Source: Candidatus Adlerbacteria bacterium (GTDB lineage Bacteria > Patescibacteriota > Minisyncoccia > Phycocordibacterales > SBAW01). Taken from it: a DNA stretch of 64,000 nucleotides. Each line of letters opens with the position of its first letter. The stretch's first letter is position 1. The stretch is taken from assembly GCA_028286685.1 (NCBI GenBank), contig JAQBRA010000002.1, positions 65,073-129,072 of the forward strand. The letters are read 5' to 3'. The notes beneath the pieces are model-generated. The model had not been told where the DNA came from and made no database searches. It worked only from the letters and a program-made list of their open reading frames with translations. The position numbers and the translations under genes are program-made. Positions 1 to 11,539 of the stretch are shown here, one piece after another.

Positions 1-336
1 CTTAAGGTCCGGGTATGCCTCAGAGACGGCAAACAAAGACTTGAGCGCTCCAGTGAGCATGTTCTCGGCCTCGGCTTTTGCCTCGACAGACCCGGCATCC
101 ATGGCGGCGGCGCGCGCAAGGGTTACCTTTTCGAGCGTGCCGGCCTCGTGGGTCATGTAGCCCTTAACCGCCTCTACCAGGTTAGGGATAAGGTCGTACC
201 GGCGCTTGAGCTGCACGTCGATATCCGCCCACGCCTCCTTGGTGCGCTGCACGAGCCGCACAAAGCGGTTGTAGGCCGCGATAACCCAGACCGCGAACAG
301 CACCAGGATCCCCAGCACTATGTAGATTATCGTCAT
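1..336 (-). CDS. lemA: LemA family protein (3' end beyond window edge)
   Basis: Manual translation from ATG at 336: [60 protein letters not shown], which has the LemA signature; absent from the ORF track because it is truncated. Confidence 0.93.
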   Translation of the reverse strand, partial: MTIIYIVLGILVLFAVWVIAAYNRFVRLVQRTKEAWADIDVQLKRRYDLIPNLVEAVKGYMTHEAGTLEKVTLARAAAMDAGSVEAKAEAENMLTGALKSLFAVSEAYPDLK

Positions 337-423
337 GCCGTAATTGTAACAGGTCTACCCAGATTGCAAGGCCCTTTTAAAAATGGTACTTTCCAATCGG
401 AATCAAACCCAGGAGAAGTACCG

Positions 424-783
424 ATGCGCTCGCTGAATAACCCTCTTTCTGACGGCTCGCCCTACCACCCCAACAGTCATGGCGCGGAGACGACTAAAAC
501 GTATCCGGCCCGGACGATCGTCGTCCTCGACACCGGCAAGCCGGGCCAGAAGCGCGAGTATCGCCTGGCCATACTGACCAGGCGGGACTTCGAGGAAGGC
601 TTGCGCTGCCAAGACGGCATTAGCCTCAATCGGCGCGTGGCCGAGCGGTGTTTTAGCGGAAACACGGTCTACACGGATGAAGATGCGGCGAAGAAGGACG
701 CCCGAGCGCTTGTCCCCGCGGGAGAGAACAGCATCGGCATCAAGATACTGCAGTTCCATCAGGAGTTCCCCGGCATCGATTGA
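424..783 (+). CDS. hypothetical protein (ORFan)
   Basis: Internal ATG at 424 of ORF 148..783, preceded by AGGAG and followed by a terminator hairpin. Confidence 0.55.
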   Translation: MRSLNNPLSDGSPYHPNSHGAETTKTYPARTIVVLDTGKPGQKREYRLAILTRRDFEEGLRCQDGISLNRRVAERCFSGNTVYTDEDAAKKDARALVPAGENSIGIKILQFHQEFPGID

Positions 784-840
784 GCCGCAGTGCTCCCGTT
801 TAGCCACAGGATCGGCACAAACTGATAGAGCAAAGAACAA

Positions 841-877
841 TGCGGCCCGGAACTCTTGGTTCCGGGCCGCATTTTTA
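841..877. terminator. intrinsic terminator between convergent genes
   Basis: TGCGGCCCGGAAC-TCTTG-GTTCCGGGCCGCA followed by TTTTT. Confidence 0.75.
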
Positions 878-887
878 TTTATTTTGG

Positions 888-2974
<2,087 letters not shown>

Positions 2975-3118
2975 ATCAATCCTATAAAAAAGCTAATAAC
3001 GATATCGTATTTCGGGCTTACTATAGTTCGTCCTTCGGGCCATTTCAAGTCCCGAGGGTCAAGACCCCTTTTCTCTCGCCTATTGCGCCGCTTTTTCGGT
3101 GTGGTACTATACTTACCA

Positions 3119-3346
3119 ATGACTCTCGCGGGGATTCTCCCCTACATCCAGATGGTGCTCAGCATCTTGCTTATCACAAGCGTGCTTTTGCAGCAGACCG
3201 GGGCCTCCTTGGGAGGCGCCTTCGGCGGAGATAACTTCTCTGCGGCATACCATACCCGCCGCGGCTCGGAGCTCTTTCTCTTCTGGGCGACTATCGTCAT
3301 TGCGGTACTCTTTGCAGGCACCGCACTCCTCGCACTCGTTATCTAA
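3119..3346 (+). CDS. secG: preprotein translocase subunit SecG
   Basis: Two TM helices with VLLQ..GASLGGAFGG and TRRG.E motifs; ATG at 3119. Confidence 0.92.
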   Translation: MTLAGILPYIQMVLSILLITSVLLQQTGASLGGAFGGDNFSAAYHTRRGSELFLFWATIVIAVLFAGTALLALVI

Positions 3347-3400
3347 CTTACTTACACAAGCACAAGCTTAAGGTCGACTTCGGCTTTACGTTTACGCGTT

Positions 3401-5155
3401 ATGTCAAAACTCCATCTCCCGAGCTTACGTTTGCCGTTTTTGCGCAAAGCGCACGAGACCTACGACTCATTCACCGCATCGGGCCGCGCGCTTTTCTTAT
3501 TCTTCGCCGCGCTGTGCGCCCTATCTTCGCTCAGTCTCGTCTATATGCTCAACGCCTCCCTCTTGGTGGCCGCTCCAGCGCGCGGGGGCTCCTTAACCGA
3601 AGGGCTCATAGGCTCGCCGCGCTTCATAAATCCGATCTTGGCGCTTTCGGACGCCGACCGCGATCTAACCGCATTGACCTACTCGGGCCTCCTGCGCGCC
3701 AATTCCGACGGCACCTACCAGCCCGACCTGGCGAGCGCATATACCGTATCCGACGACGGCCTCACGTACACCTTTACGATCCGGCCCGAAGCGACCTTCC
3801 ATGACGGCCGCGCGGTTACTGCGGCAGATATAGTCTTTACGGTACAGAAGGCGCAGGCTGCGGCGCTCAAGTCGCCCCTGCGCGCCAACTGGGACGGCGT
3901 TCTGGCAGAAGCAGTAGACCCCGCAACCGTGCGCTTTACGCTCAAGGCCGCCTACGCGCCGTTTATAAAAAACCTGACGCTGGGCATACTTCCCGAGCAC
4001 CTCTGGGGCAGCATCTCGGAGGAAGAGTTCCCTTTCAGCGAGCTTAATGCCGAGCCAGTAGGCTCGGGCCCCTACCGCGTCGAGCAAGTATCCCGCACCG
4101 CTTCCGGCATCCCCTCTTCCTACGAGCTTGTCCCTTTTAAGAACTACATGCTGGGGCAGCCCTACCTGTCGCTTACCCTGCGCTTTTACCAGAGCGAGGA
4201 CGCGCTGGTGCAGGCCCTCCAGGGAGGCGAGGTTGATGCGGCAAGCGGACTCTCTCCCGACAAGCTCGCGGGACTCAAGGCCGACATCTCGACCGCATCC
4301 CTTAACCGGGTCTTCGGCGTTTTCTTCAATCAGAACCAATCAGAACTCCTGAGGCAAAAGGCCGTGCGCGAGGCGCTCGACGCGGCCATAGATCGCCAGG
4401 ACCTGGTAGAGAAAGTGCTCGGAGGCTACGGCACGCCCCTTACCGGCCCCGTGCCGCCTTCTATCATGGGCGCGCTTAAGAGCGAGCCGGCCTCCAGCAC
4501 GCTTGCCGCGCAAGACCGCCTGGCAAAAGCCCAGAAAATTCTCTCTGACAACGGATGGGAGCTTAATGAGAGCGGCGTGCAGGTAAAGACGACCGGTACC
4601 GGCAAAAATGCCACGTCGCAGACGCTGGCCTTCGACCTTTCAACCGCCAACGTGCCGGAGCTGCGCGCCGCGGCGGAGTACCTGCGTGAGACGTGGGGCC
4701 GGCTCGGCGTCCAGGTTACCGTCAAGGTATTCGAGGCGGGCGACCTTTCGCAGAACGTTATCCGTCCGCGCAAATACGATGCGCTCCTCTTTGGCGAGGT
4801 CATCGGCCGCGAGCTCGACCTCTTCGCGTTCTGGCACAGCAGCCAGCGCAACGATCCGGGCCTCAATGTCGCTGGCTACGCCAACTCGACCGCCGATGAT
4901 GCGCTAGAGTCCCTGCGCCAGACAACCGACCAGGCAGAGCGCGCCAAGCTGTACCAGGAGTTCAGCGACGAGCTCGCCGCGGACATTCCGGCCGTGTTTC
5001 TCTATGCGCCCGATTTCGTGTATAGTATCCCTAAAGACATTCAGGGGCTTAACCTTGGATTAGTTGAGAGCCCGAGCGACCGTTTCTTAAGCGTAACGCA
5101 GTGGCACCGCGAAGTGGACTACGTGTGGCCCGTGTTTTTAGGCGGCAACCGCTAG
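3401..5155 (+). CDS. peptide ABC transporter substrate-binding protein (SBP family 5)
   Basis: N-terminal TM anchor, PDLA..YTVSDDGLTYTFTIR..FHDG, PVGSGPY, VREALDAAIDR. Confidence 0.92.
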   Translation: MSKLHLPSLRLPFLRKAHETYDSFTASGRALFLFFAALCALSSLSLVYMLNASLLVAAPARGGSLTEGLIGSPRFINPILALSDADRDLTALTYSGLLRANSDGTYQPDLASAYTVSDDGLTYTFTIRPEATFHDGRAVTAADIVFTVQKAQAAALKSPLRANWDGVLAEAVDPATVRFTLKAAYAPFIKNLTLGILPEHLWGSISEEEFPFSELNAEPVGSGPYRVEQVSRTASGIPSSYELVPFKNYMLGQPYLSLTLRFYQSEDALVQALQGGEVDAASGLSPDKLAGLKADISTASLNRVFGVFFNQNQSELLRQKAVREALDAAIDRQDLVEKVLGGYGTPLTGPVPPSIMGALKSEPASSTLAAQDRLAKAQKILSDNGWELNESGVQVKTTGTGKNATSQTLAFDLSTANVPELRAAAEYLRETWGRLGVQVTVKVFEAGDLSQNVIRPRKYDALLFGEVIGRELDLFAFWHSSQRNDPGLNVAGYANSTADDALESLRQTTDQAERAKLYQEFSDELAADIPAVFLYAPDFVYSIPKDIQGLNLGLVESPSDRFLSVTQWHREVDYVWPVFLGGNR

Positions 5156-5217
5156 CTAAGACAGCTCCAAAAACAGAGTCTTTCCTTTAATAAAAGTTAA
5201 CCGTTAGCATTACAATC

Positions 5218-7167
5218 ATGGAAGAAAAGAAACCGCAGCACGTGGCGCCGCGCCAGGCCCAGCCGGGACCATCCCAAGGCGGCAACCGCCCGGGCAGAAG
5301 CCCCCAGCAATCGCGCCCGCAAGGCGGCAAACCGGGAGCCAGGAGCCCCTTTGGCTCCGCAGGGCGCTCAGGCGGCCGCGGAGGACGCGGACGCTTGCGC
5401 CAGGGCGGCCCCAAGCCGCATCAGGCGCACCCCGTGCGCCAGGACATTGGCTCGGGCATCCCGGACCCTGAAGATAAGCCTATTCCTCCCCTAGCCCCCG
5501 GCAATATCCGCATCATCCCTTTGGGCGGCGTCGAGGAGATCGGCCGCAACATGACCCTCGTGGAGGTAGGCGATGACATTATCGCTATCGACTGCGGGTT
5601 CCAGTTCCGCGAGGCTGACACCCCGGGCGTCGACTACATTTTGCCCAATACCAAGTACATGGAGGAGCGCCGCGACAAGATCCGAGGCCTGTTCATCACG
5701 CACGGCCACCTCGACCACATCGGCGGCATCCCGTATGTCATCGATCGCATCGGCTACCCGCCGGTCTACACCCGCGCCCTTACCTCCGTCATGATCCGCA
5801 AGCGCCAGGAAGAGTTCCCTAACCTCAAGCCTTTGGACATCAAGGAGGTTGAGAAGGCCGACACCGTTACCGTGGGCAAGCTCAAAGTTAAATTCTTCAG
5901 CGTTACCCACACCATTCCCGACGCGATGGGCGTCATTATCGAGACCCCGTACGGCGACCTCGTCTTTACCGGCGACCTCAAAGTCGACCACAACGACGGC
6001 GTCCCTACCCCCGAGGAAGAGAAGGAGTTCGCTTACTTCAAGGACCGCAAGGTGCTCTTCCTCGCTGCCGACTCCACCAACTGCGAGCGCGCCGGCTTCT
6101 CTATCCCCGAGCGCGTGGTCACCAAGACCATGGACGACATTATCGCCAATACTCCGGGCCGGCTCATCATCGGCACGTTCTCCTCGCAGCTCGAGCGCCT
6201 GATGCGCATCATCGAGCAGGCGGAGCGCGTCGGCCGCAAGATTTTGGTTGAAGGCCGCTCCATGAAGGTCAACATCGAAATTGTTAAGCAGCTGGGCCTC
6301 CTCAAGGTAGACGAGAAGACCTTTATCGATTCCGCCCAGCTTGAAAACTTCCCCGACCCCAAGGTCATGATATTGGCGACCGGCGCCCAGGGCGACGAGT
6401 TTGCCGCGCTCATGCGCATCGCCATGAAGACGCACAAGTACGTCAAGATGCGCAAGGGCGACACCGTCGTCCTGTCTTCCTCTGTAGTCCCGGGCAACGA
6501 GCGCTCGGTGCAGAAGCTCAAGGACAACCTCTCGCGCCAGGGCGCCCGCATCATCCACCGCGAGCAGATGGACGTGCACGCCTCCGGCCACGCAAACCGC
6601 GACGAGACCTTCTGGATCCACCAGAAGATCAACCCGCGCTTCTTTATGCCGATGCACGGCTACCACTACATGCTGCGCGTGCACGCCGACATCGCCAAGG
6701 CCTGCGGCCGCACCGAGGACGAGATCATCGTTCCGGACAACGGCGCGATACTCGAGATCCAGGACGAGGGTCAGAAGATCGTGCGCCTCAAGGAGTCCGC
6801 TCCTAATTCCCTGCGCCTCGTAGACGGCTTCTCTATCGGCGACATCCAGGAGGTGGTCATCCGCGACCGCACCGTCCTGGCCCAGGAAGGCATGTTCGTC
6901 ATCATCGCCACCGTCAATCCCAAGACCGGCAAGCTGCGCAAGTCCCCGGACATCATCTCGCGCGGCTTCGTGTACCTGCGCGAGAGCCAGGAGCTCCTCA
7001 ACCAGGCGCGCATACTGGTCAAGAAATCGATCGAGGATGCGGCCGCGGGCCAGCAGCCGGTCAACTTCGACTTCGTCAAGAATCAGGTTACCGACAACCT
7101 CGCGCGCTTCCTCTTCGAGAAGACCAACAAGCGCCCGATCGTTATCCCGGTAGTGCTCGGCGTGTAA
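5218..7167 (+). CDS. rnj: ribonuclease J
   Basis: IIPLGGVEEIGRN, THGHLDHIGG metallo-beta-lactamase motif, HASGHA, PDIISRGFVY. Confidence 0.98.
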   Translation: MEEKKPQHVAPRQAQPGPSQGGNRPGRSPQQSRPQGGKPGARSPFGSAGRSGGRGGRGRLRQGGPKPHQAHPVRQDIGSGIPDPEDKPIPPLAPGNIRIIPLGGVEEIGRNMTLVEVGDDIIAIDCGFQFREADTPGVDYILPNTKYMEERRDKIRGLFITHGHLDHIGGIPYVIDRIGYPPVYTRALTSVMIRKRQEEFPNLKPLDIKEVEKADTVTVGKLKVKFFSVTHTIPDAMGVIIETPYGDLVFTGDLKVDHNDGVPTPEEEKEFAYFKDRKVLFLAADSTNCERAGFSIPERVVTKTMDDIIANTPGRLIIGTFSSQLERLMRIIEQAERVGRKILVEGRSMKVNIEIVKQLGLLKVDEKTFIDSAQLENFPDPKVMILATGAQGDEFAALMRIAMKTHKYVKMRKGDTVVLSSSVVPGNERSVQKLKDNLSRQGARIIHREQMDVHASGHANRDETFWIHQKINPRFFMPMHGYHYMLRVHADIAKACGRTEDEIIVPDNGAILEIQDEGQKIVRLKESAPNSLRLVDGFSIGDIQEVVIRDRTVLAQEGMFVIIATVNPKTGKLRKSPDIISRGFVYLRESQELLNQARILVKKSIEDAAAGQQPVNFDFVKNQVTDNLARFLFEKTNKRPIVIPVVLGV

Positions 7168-7185
7168 CTAACCGAATACTTAAAA

Positions 7186-7217
7186 GAAAAAGGCGCGGAA
7201 CATTCCGCGCCTTTTTC
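7186..7217. terminator. intrinsic terminator after rnj
   Basis: AAAAAGGCGCGGAA-CA-TTCCGCGCCTTTTT. Confidence 0.8.
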
Positions 7218-7286
7218 TAATCTCGTTGCCCTAAATGGACGGGCGTGCTATAAACCTTAGCGGACTTGAACCCAGGGAGGAAATGA

Positions 7287-7493
7287 TTGCGCTCATACAG
7301 GGCCAACGAAAAGAAGCACGCCAAGGATCAGTACGAGAAAAAGAAACAGGTGCCCGGCGGCCGGACAGCTCCGGCGGTGACACACATGGATCCAAGCCTG
7401 ATTCTAAGGAGCGATAAAAGCGCTCCCAGCGGCATGCAGCGCTTCTCGGATAAATACCGCGACCTGATGCCTCTGTTCGGTAAGCAGAGCTAG
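7287..7493 (+). CDS. small hypothetical protein (ORFan)
   Basis: TTG start 6 nt after GGGAGG; hairpin GGCGCGGCAT..ATGCCGCGCC-TTTT follows at about 7505-7533. Confidence 0.45.
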   Translation: MRSYRANEKKHAKDQYEKKKQVPGGRTAPAVTHMDPSLILRSDKSAPSGMQRFSDKYRDLMPLFGKQS

Positions 7494-7569
7494 GGAACGT
7501 TCGGGGCGCGGCATTCCATATGCCGCGCCTTTTGCTTTGACAAAAAACCTTTACGCGCTAAAGTAACCC

Positions 7570-7794
7570 GTGGGCCACAAGGGGTGGCTTGTTCTATTGA
7601 AAAACGGGGATCTTATGCGGGGACAAGGCAAGCTATCATTAGTGCTGAATCTTGAAGAAGCGCCTATAAGCGACCAGGAGCTGGGCAAGCTCCTGAAAGA
7701 CCAAGGACTCGACATGCAAACCTTACTCATCAGCGCCAGCCAGGCGTTCGAGAAGCAGTTCGGCACCAGCGAGGAGAGCGGGCGGCACTTTTAA
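7570..7794 (+). CDS. small hypothetical protein
   Basis: TTGACA(7537)-N16-TAAAGT promoter-like sequence upstream; ORF fills the gap before mutY; start uncertain. Confidence 0.4.
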   Translation: MGHKGWLVLLKNGDLMRGQGKLSLVLNLEEAPISDQELGKLLKDQGLDMQTLLISASQAFEKQFGTSEESGRHF

Positions 7795-8570
7795 GCCGCA
7801 ATTCTAAACTTTTTACCGGCCTCGATAATGAGGCCATCCTTCACCAAGCGCGATAGTTCGCGCGCAACCTCTTCCGCTTTGCGGGAGAGGTTTTTTGCTA
7901 GCACGGCCAGGGTTGCCGGATTTTTTAGCAGCTCGCGCAGTATGGCTCCGCGCAGCTCGCGAGCACTGCCCTTAAACTTCGACTGCTTTGCGTAATGCTT
8001 GCTCTTGGCGTTTAGCTTGACTCCTTTTGCCTTAAGATCCGAGCCGTAGTCCATGAGCGCGGCGTAAAAGTCGCGCGGCTCCATTTTGGATTTCTTTAAA
8101 GCTTCTTCAACCAGCGGCAGGAGTTCCGCATCGGACATCGGCTCTTTAGTATCCAGATGATAGAAAAAGACCGTGCGTATGTTGGTCTCGATAAAGACCG
8201 TCGGCTTATTGTGGGCAAAGGCCAAGACCGCTGCAGCAGTGTAGGGCCCCACGCCCGGCAGCTTGCGTCCATTCCACCCTTCTTGCGCCAAAATCTTCCC
8301 TGCCTCGTACAGGTAGCGGCCGCGGCGGTTATAGCCCAAGCCCTGCCACGCCTGCAAAACTTCCGATAACGGTCCCTTAGCGAGGGCCTTTGCAGTGGGA
8401 AACTTCTTGAGGAAATTCTTATAATACGGAATGACCCGGGCGACCTGCGTCTGCTGGAGCATCACCTCGGAAACTAAGATGCGATACGGGTCGCGGGTTG
8501 CGCGCCAGGGCAAATGGGATCTCCCCTCTTTTTTATAAAACGCCCTCAGGTCGCGCAAAAGCTTCTGCAT
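7791..8570 (-). CDS. mutY: A/G-specific adenine glycosylase MutY-like (no Fe-S cysteine motif)
   Basis: LPWR, PYRILVSEVMLQQTQV, WQGLGYNRR, LPGVGPYTA, ETNIR, ALMDYG. Confidence 0.9.
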   Translation of the reverse strand: MQKLLRDLRAFYKKEGRSHLPWRATRDPYRILVSEVMLQQTQVARVIPYYKNFLKKFPTAKALAKGPLSEVLQAWQGLGYNRRGRYLYEAGKILAQEGWNGRKLPGVGPYTAAAVLAFAHNKPTVFIETNIRTVFFYHLDTKEPMSDAELLPLVEEALKKSKMEPRDFYAALMDYGSDLKAKGVKLNAKSKHYAKQSKFKGSARELRGAILRELLKNPATLAVLAKNLSRKAEEVARELSRLVKDGLIIEAGKKFRIAA

Positions 8571-8586
8571 ACCCCACACTCTAAAG

Positions 8587-8618
8587 CAAAATGCCCCGCT
8601 TTGCAGCGGGGCATTTTG
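8587..8618. terminator. intrinsic terminator after the RRM gene
   Basis: AAAATGCCCCGCT-TTGC-AGCGGGGCATTTT. Confidence 0.75.
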
Positions 8619-8636
8619 GACCTATCGGCCGAAGAA

Positions 8637-8888
8637 TTATGCCTTCGGGCGAGCGTCGGAAACCGTCAGCATGCGTCCGCCGAAATCCTTGCCATTCCAC
8701 ATCTCGATGGCCTTGTCAGCGTCTGCATCCTGCGCCATCTCCACGAAGCCGAAGCCCCGGGAGCGGCCGGTCTCGCGATCGGTCACGATGGAAGCGGATG
8801 CAACCTCGCCCGCCTGGGCAAATGCATCGCGCAGCTCATCACCCGTCGTGCGGTACGGAAGACCGCCGACGAAAAGTTTGCGTGCCAT
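8637..8888 (-). CDS. RRM-domain RNA-binding protein (Rbp family)
   Basis: RNP2 KLFVGGL and RNP1 RGFGFVEM. Confidence 0.95.
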   Translation of the reverse strand: MARKLFVGGLPYRTTGDELRDAFAQAGEVASASIVTDRETGRSRGFGFVEMAQDADADKAIEMWNGKDFGGRMLTVSDARPKA

Positions 8889-8916
8889 ATCTACGAAAAC
8901 AACTTTCTTGAGTAAA

Positions 8917-8978
8917 GCGTTCCTCGTAAGGCGACCCTCCTGACGCCTGATGGCACATGGAGCACTTACTGCGAACGC
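8917..8978 (-). promoter_or_regulatory. structured 5' leader of the RRM gene (candidate cis-regulatory RNA)
   Basis: Nested pairings GCGUUC/GAACGC, GUAAG/CUUAC, CUCC/GGAG, UGCC/GGCG just downstream of a TACAGT -10 box. Confidence 0.5.
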
Positions 8979-8991
8979 CCTCACTGTAGCA

Positions 8992-9678
8992 CTAGTATGC
9001 GGGCTTTGCAATGACTACCAGCCGCTTGTCAAAACCCCGCTCGCTCTCTATCCACTCGCCCTCGCAGGTAATCAAAACGAGCTGGGAAGGCCCCGAGGTC
9101 GCAAACAGGCTGGCCGCGGGCGCCTCATCGGCGTCAAACAGACGCAGCTCGGCTACCTGGTAGACCAGGGTGCGGCCTGCGGCATCGGAGACGGTTACAT
9201 AGTCCCCTTTTTGTATCTGGCTTAAATGCGCGAACACCCCGGCCTCAGTGAGCGCATTATTGACATGGCCGGCCATGACTGCGCTGCCTGCCGCGCCCGG
9301 CTTTGCGCCCGGCGCATAAAACCCGACCTTCATAAAATCGCGCGGCGTGCCCATCGAGCCGTCGGCCTTTTTGCCCACCTCCTCGACAACGGCATCAATT
9401 CCCAGCGATGGCACCTTGAGGCGCGCGGGCGCCAAGGCCGTAGAGCTCGCCGAAGCTTCCGGCACGACTGCAGGCTTAAGCGCTGCGGCCGGAGCGAAAG
9501 CATCAAACAAAGCGCCGTCTCCGGCGACTGCCTGGGCCAGGCGCGAGCTGACATCGGCCAGGCCGATAACCACCATGAGTATGCCTATAACGACCGCTAC
9601 CCGGCGCAGCCAAAGGGCCCAGGCAGGATCGCTGTCTGCGGACCTAGCGTGTAACAGCAGCAAGGGCTTGTCTTGCAT
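8992..9678 (-). CDS. class F sortase
   Basis: PARLKVPSLGIDA, PGAAGSAVMAGH, catalytic LVLITC and KRLVVIA; N-terminal TM. Confidence 0.9.
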   Translation of the reverse strand: MQDKPLLLLHARSADSDPAWALWLRRVAVVIGILMVVIGLADVSSRLAQAVAGDGALFDAFAPAAALKPAVVPEASASSTALAPARLKVPSLGIDAVVEEVGKKADGSMGTPRDFMKVGFYAPGAKPGAAGSAVMAGHVNNALTEAGVFAHLSQIQKGDYVTVSDAAGRTLVYQVAELRLFDADEAPAASLFATSGPSQLVLITCEGEWIESERGFDKRLVVIAKPAY

Positions 9679-10174
9679 AGGGGTAAAGCGCTATCGAAGT
9701 GCCCAGCAGGAGCACGACCGCAAAGGCCAGGGCGGCGGCATTGTGCGGAGCAAAGCCCGCATGAGGCCACGAAGGATAGAGGGCCGAGGTCAGCGTGACG
9801 CGCGGCCCTTGGCCATCGTACGGCTGGTAGAAAGACGGCGAAAACGGCTCGCCATAGCCCGGCATGGGGACCACCTCAACGTAGCAGCTGGCGCGGCGGC
9901 TGCCCCAGATAACCGTTACCTGCTGCACGCCCAGCTCGGTCATGGGCGCTACAAAGACGGAACCCGCATCAACGAAGCCGAGATCATTCGTACTCCACAT
10001 AAAAGGACCGGGCGCGGTAGCAACGGCCGTAAAGCGCCCCGCATTGCCCAAAGAGACGACCGGATAAGCTGCGGCGCAATCGAGCTCGGGAGTTACATAA
10101 GAAGTCCGGGCTGCAGTCAAGACCGGCACCAGGAGTCCTGCAAGAGCGAGGGCGTACAGAATGGGTTTCAGCAT
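9644..10174 (-). CDS. secreted protein with C-terminal sorting-signal-like tail (candidate sortase substrate)
   Basis: Signal peptide; WPHAG, then a hydrophobic helix and a basic tail; overlaps the sortase start. Confidence 0.7.
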   Translation of the reverse strand: MLKPILYALALAGLLVPVLTAARTSYVTPELDCAAAYPVVSLGNAGRFTAVATAPGPFMWSTNDLGFVDAGSVFVAPMTELGVQQVTVIWGSRRASCYVEVVPMPGYGEPFSPSFYQPYDGQGPRVTLTSALYPSWPHAGFAPHNAAALAFAVVLLLGTSIALYPYARQALAAVTR

Positions 10175-10218
10175 AGCGGGCCAATCCTACCACTTAGGGG
10201 CGGAATTTCAACCCGAAC

Positions 10219-10425
10219 CTAGAGACCTGCGGGGAGTGCGACAGAGCTCAAAAAGGCCGGTATGGCGAGCGGTATAAGTAGGAGCGGAATGACGATAACC
10301 GCCAAGGTAATGATTCCGGTCCAGAGCATGTACTTGCGCATCTTCTCCACCGAGGCCGCGGCAACGTCAAGCTTGCCCTCTAGCTCAGCAAGCTTTATTT
10401 CCATGCGGTCGAGCTGTTCGTTCAT
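10219..10425 (-). CDS. small coiled-coil plus TM protein
   Basis: Coiled N-terminus and hydrophobic C-terminus; TATACT 6 nt upstream of the ATG. Confidence 0.75.
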   Translation of the reverse strand: MNEQLDRMEIKLAELEGKLDVAAASVEKMRKYMLWTGIITLAVIVIPLLLIPLAIPAFLSSVALPAGL

Positions 10426-10440
10426 ACCCGTAGTATACCT

Positions 10441-11160
10441 TTATATCCCCGCCAGCCGAATGACGCCAAAAAGAGCGAGCGCGCCCAAGAGCGTCGCTGC
10501 CGTAGTCCAAAAGGTCGGATGCGCGTGATGAGACTCGGGTATGAGGTCCGAAGCGCCGATGTAGAGGAAGAAGCCGGAAAACAGCGCCAACAGGAGGCCG
10601 AGATTCTCATCCGTCACGCCAAACAGCATGGTGGCCGCGATGCCCAGCACGGGAGCGGCGGCATCCACCAGGAGCCACTGCATCGCGCGCGTGCGCGATC
10701 CGCCGTGGCGCGTGACGACGCTTACGGTATTGATGCCGTCGCTAAAGTCATGCGCCAAGACCGCCACTGCGACGATAAGCCCGACCGCGACATCGACCTG
10801 GAACGCCAGGCCAATTCCGATGCCGTCGAGGAAGCTGTGCAAAGAGAGCGAGCCGGCGCGGACATGGCCGCGGGACGCCTCGTGCTCGTGGTCTTCGTGC
10901 GCATGGCTGTGCAAAAGGAGCAGGCGATCAAGCAGCAGGTACAGCATAAAACCGAGCGCCACGACCCCTAATATAACGCTCGCGTCATAGGCTGCTCCCA
11001 GCTCCAGCGCCTCAGGCATAAGGTCAAAAAAAGCGACCGCAATAACCGCTCCTGCGCTGAAGCCCAGGATAAGATGCAGCCGGTCGCGCAAGCGCAGCGC
11101 CAGGTAGCCGCCAAGCATAGTCGAAGCAAAAGCTGCGGCGGCGATAAAAAATAGTGTCAT
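10441..11160 (-). CDS. ZIP family metal (Zn/Fe) transporter
   Basis: FSAGAVIAVAFFDLMPEA, His-rich loop HSHAHEDHEH, HSFLDG, HDFSDG, DLIPESH. Confidence 0.93.
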   Translation of the reverse strand: MTLFFIAAAAFASTMLGGYLALRLRDRLHLILGFSAGAVIAVAFFDLMPEALELGAAYDASVILGVVALGFMLYLLLDRLLLLHSHAHEDHEHEASRGHVRAGSLSLHSFLDGIGIGLAFQVDVAVGLIVAVAVLAHDFSDGINTVSVVTRHGGSRTRAMQWLLVDAAAPVLGIAATMLFGVTDENLGLLLALFSGFFLYIGASDLIPESHHAHPTFWTTAATLLGALALFGVIRLAGI

Positions 11161-11180
11161 GAAAAGTAAGTAGCGGATAA

Positions 11181-11486
11181 TTAACAAACGCGGCACTGCG
11201 CTGAAACCCCGCAGTCGGTGCATACCATGTGGTGATGGTGCGGACGGCCCGCGTACTCGTACTGCATGACGCCCTCGCGCATCCCCTGCCGCAAGAGCCC
11301 CGCCGCCGCCAGCGCCTCTGCAGCGCGGTAGAGCGTTACCTCGTTGAGGTCAGGGAGCTTCTCTTCCAGCTCAGACACGGTAAGCGGGCACCGGGCCCGC
11401 TCCAATACTGCCAAAAGCGCCAGGCGCCCCGGAGTCGCGCGCGACCCGGCGGCCCGGAGCTCTTCCCTGCAGTCATGCGATGGCAT
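11181..11486 (-). CDS. Fur-family transcriptional regulator (short, Zur-like)
   Basis: RATPGRLALL, VTLYR, HHHHMVCTDCG. Confidence 0.88.
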   Translation of the reverse strand: MPSHDCREELRAAGSRATPGRLALLAVLERARCPLTVSELEEKLPDLNEVTLYRAAEALAAAGLLRQGMREGVMQYEYAGRPHHHHMVCTDCGVSAQCRVC

Positions 11487-11492
11487 GAGTCT

Positions 11493-11521
11493 ATCTTACA
11501 TTAAACGCAAATAACTTGCAA
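11493..11521 (-). promoter_or_regulatory. fur-zip promoter with GCAA-N5-TTGC palindrome
   Basis: TTGCAA-N17-TAAGAT on the minus strand; palindrome at 11507-11519 overlaps the -35 box. Confidence 0.5.
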
Positions 11522-11539
11522 ATACTTAAATACCAAAGA

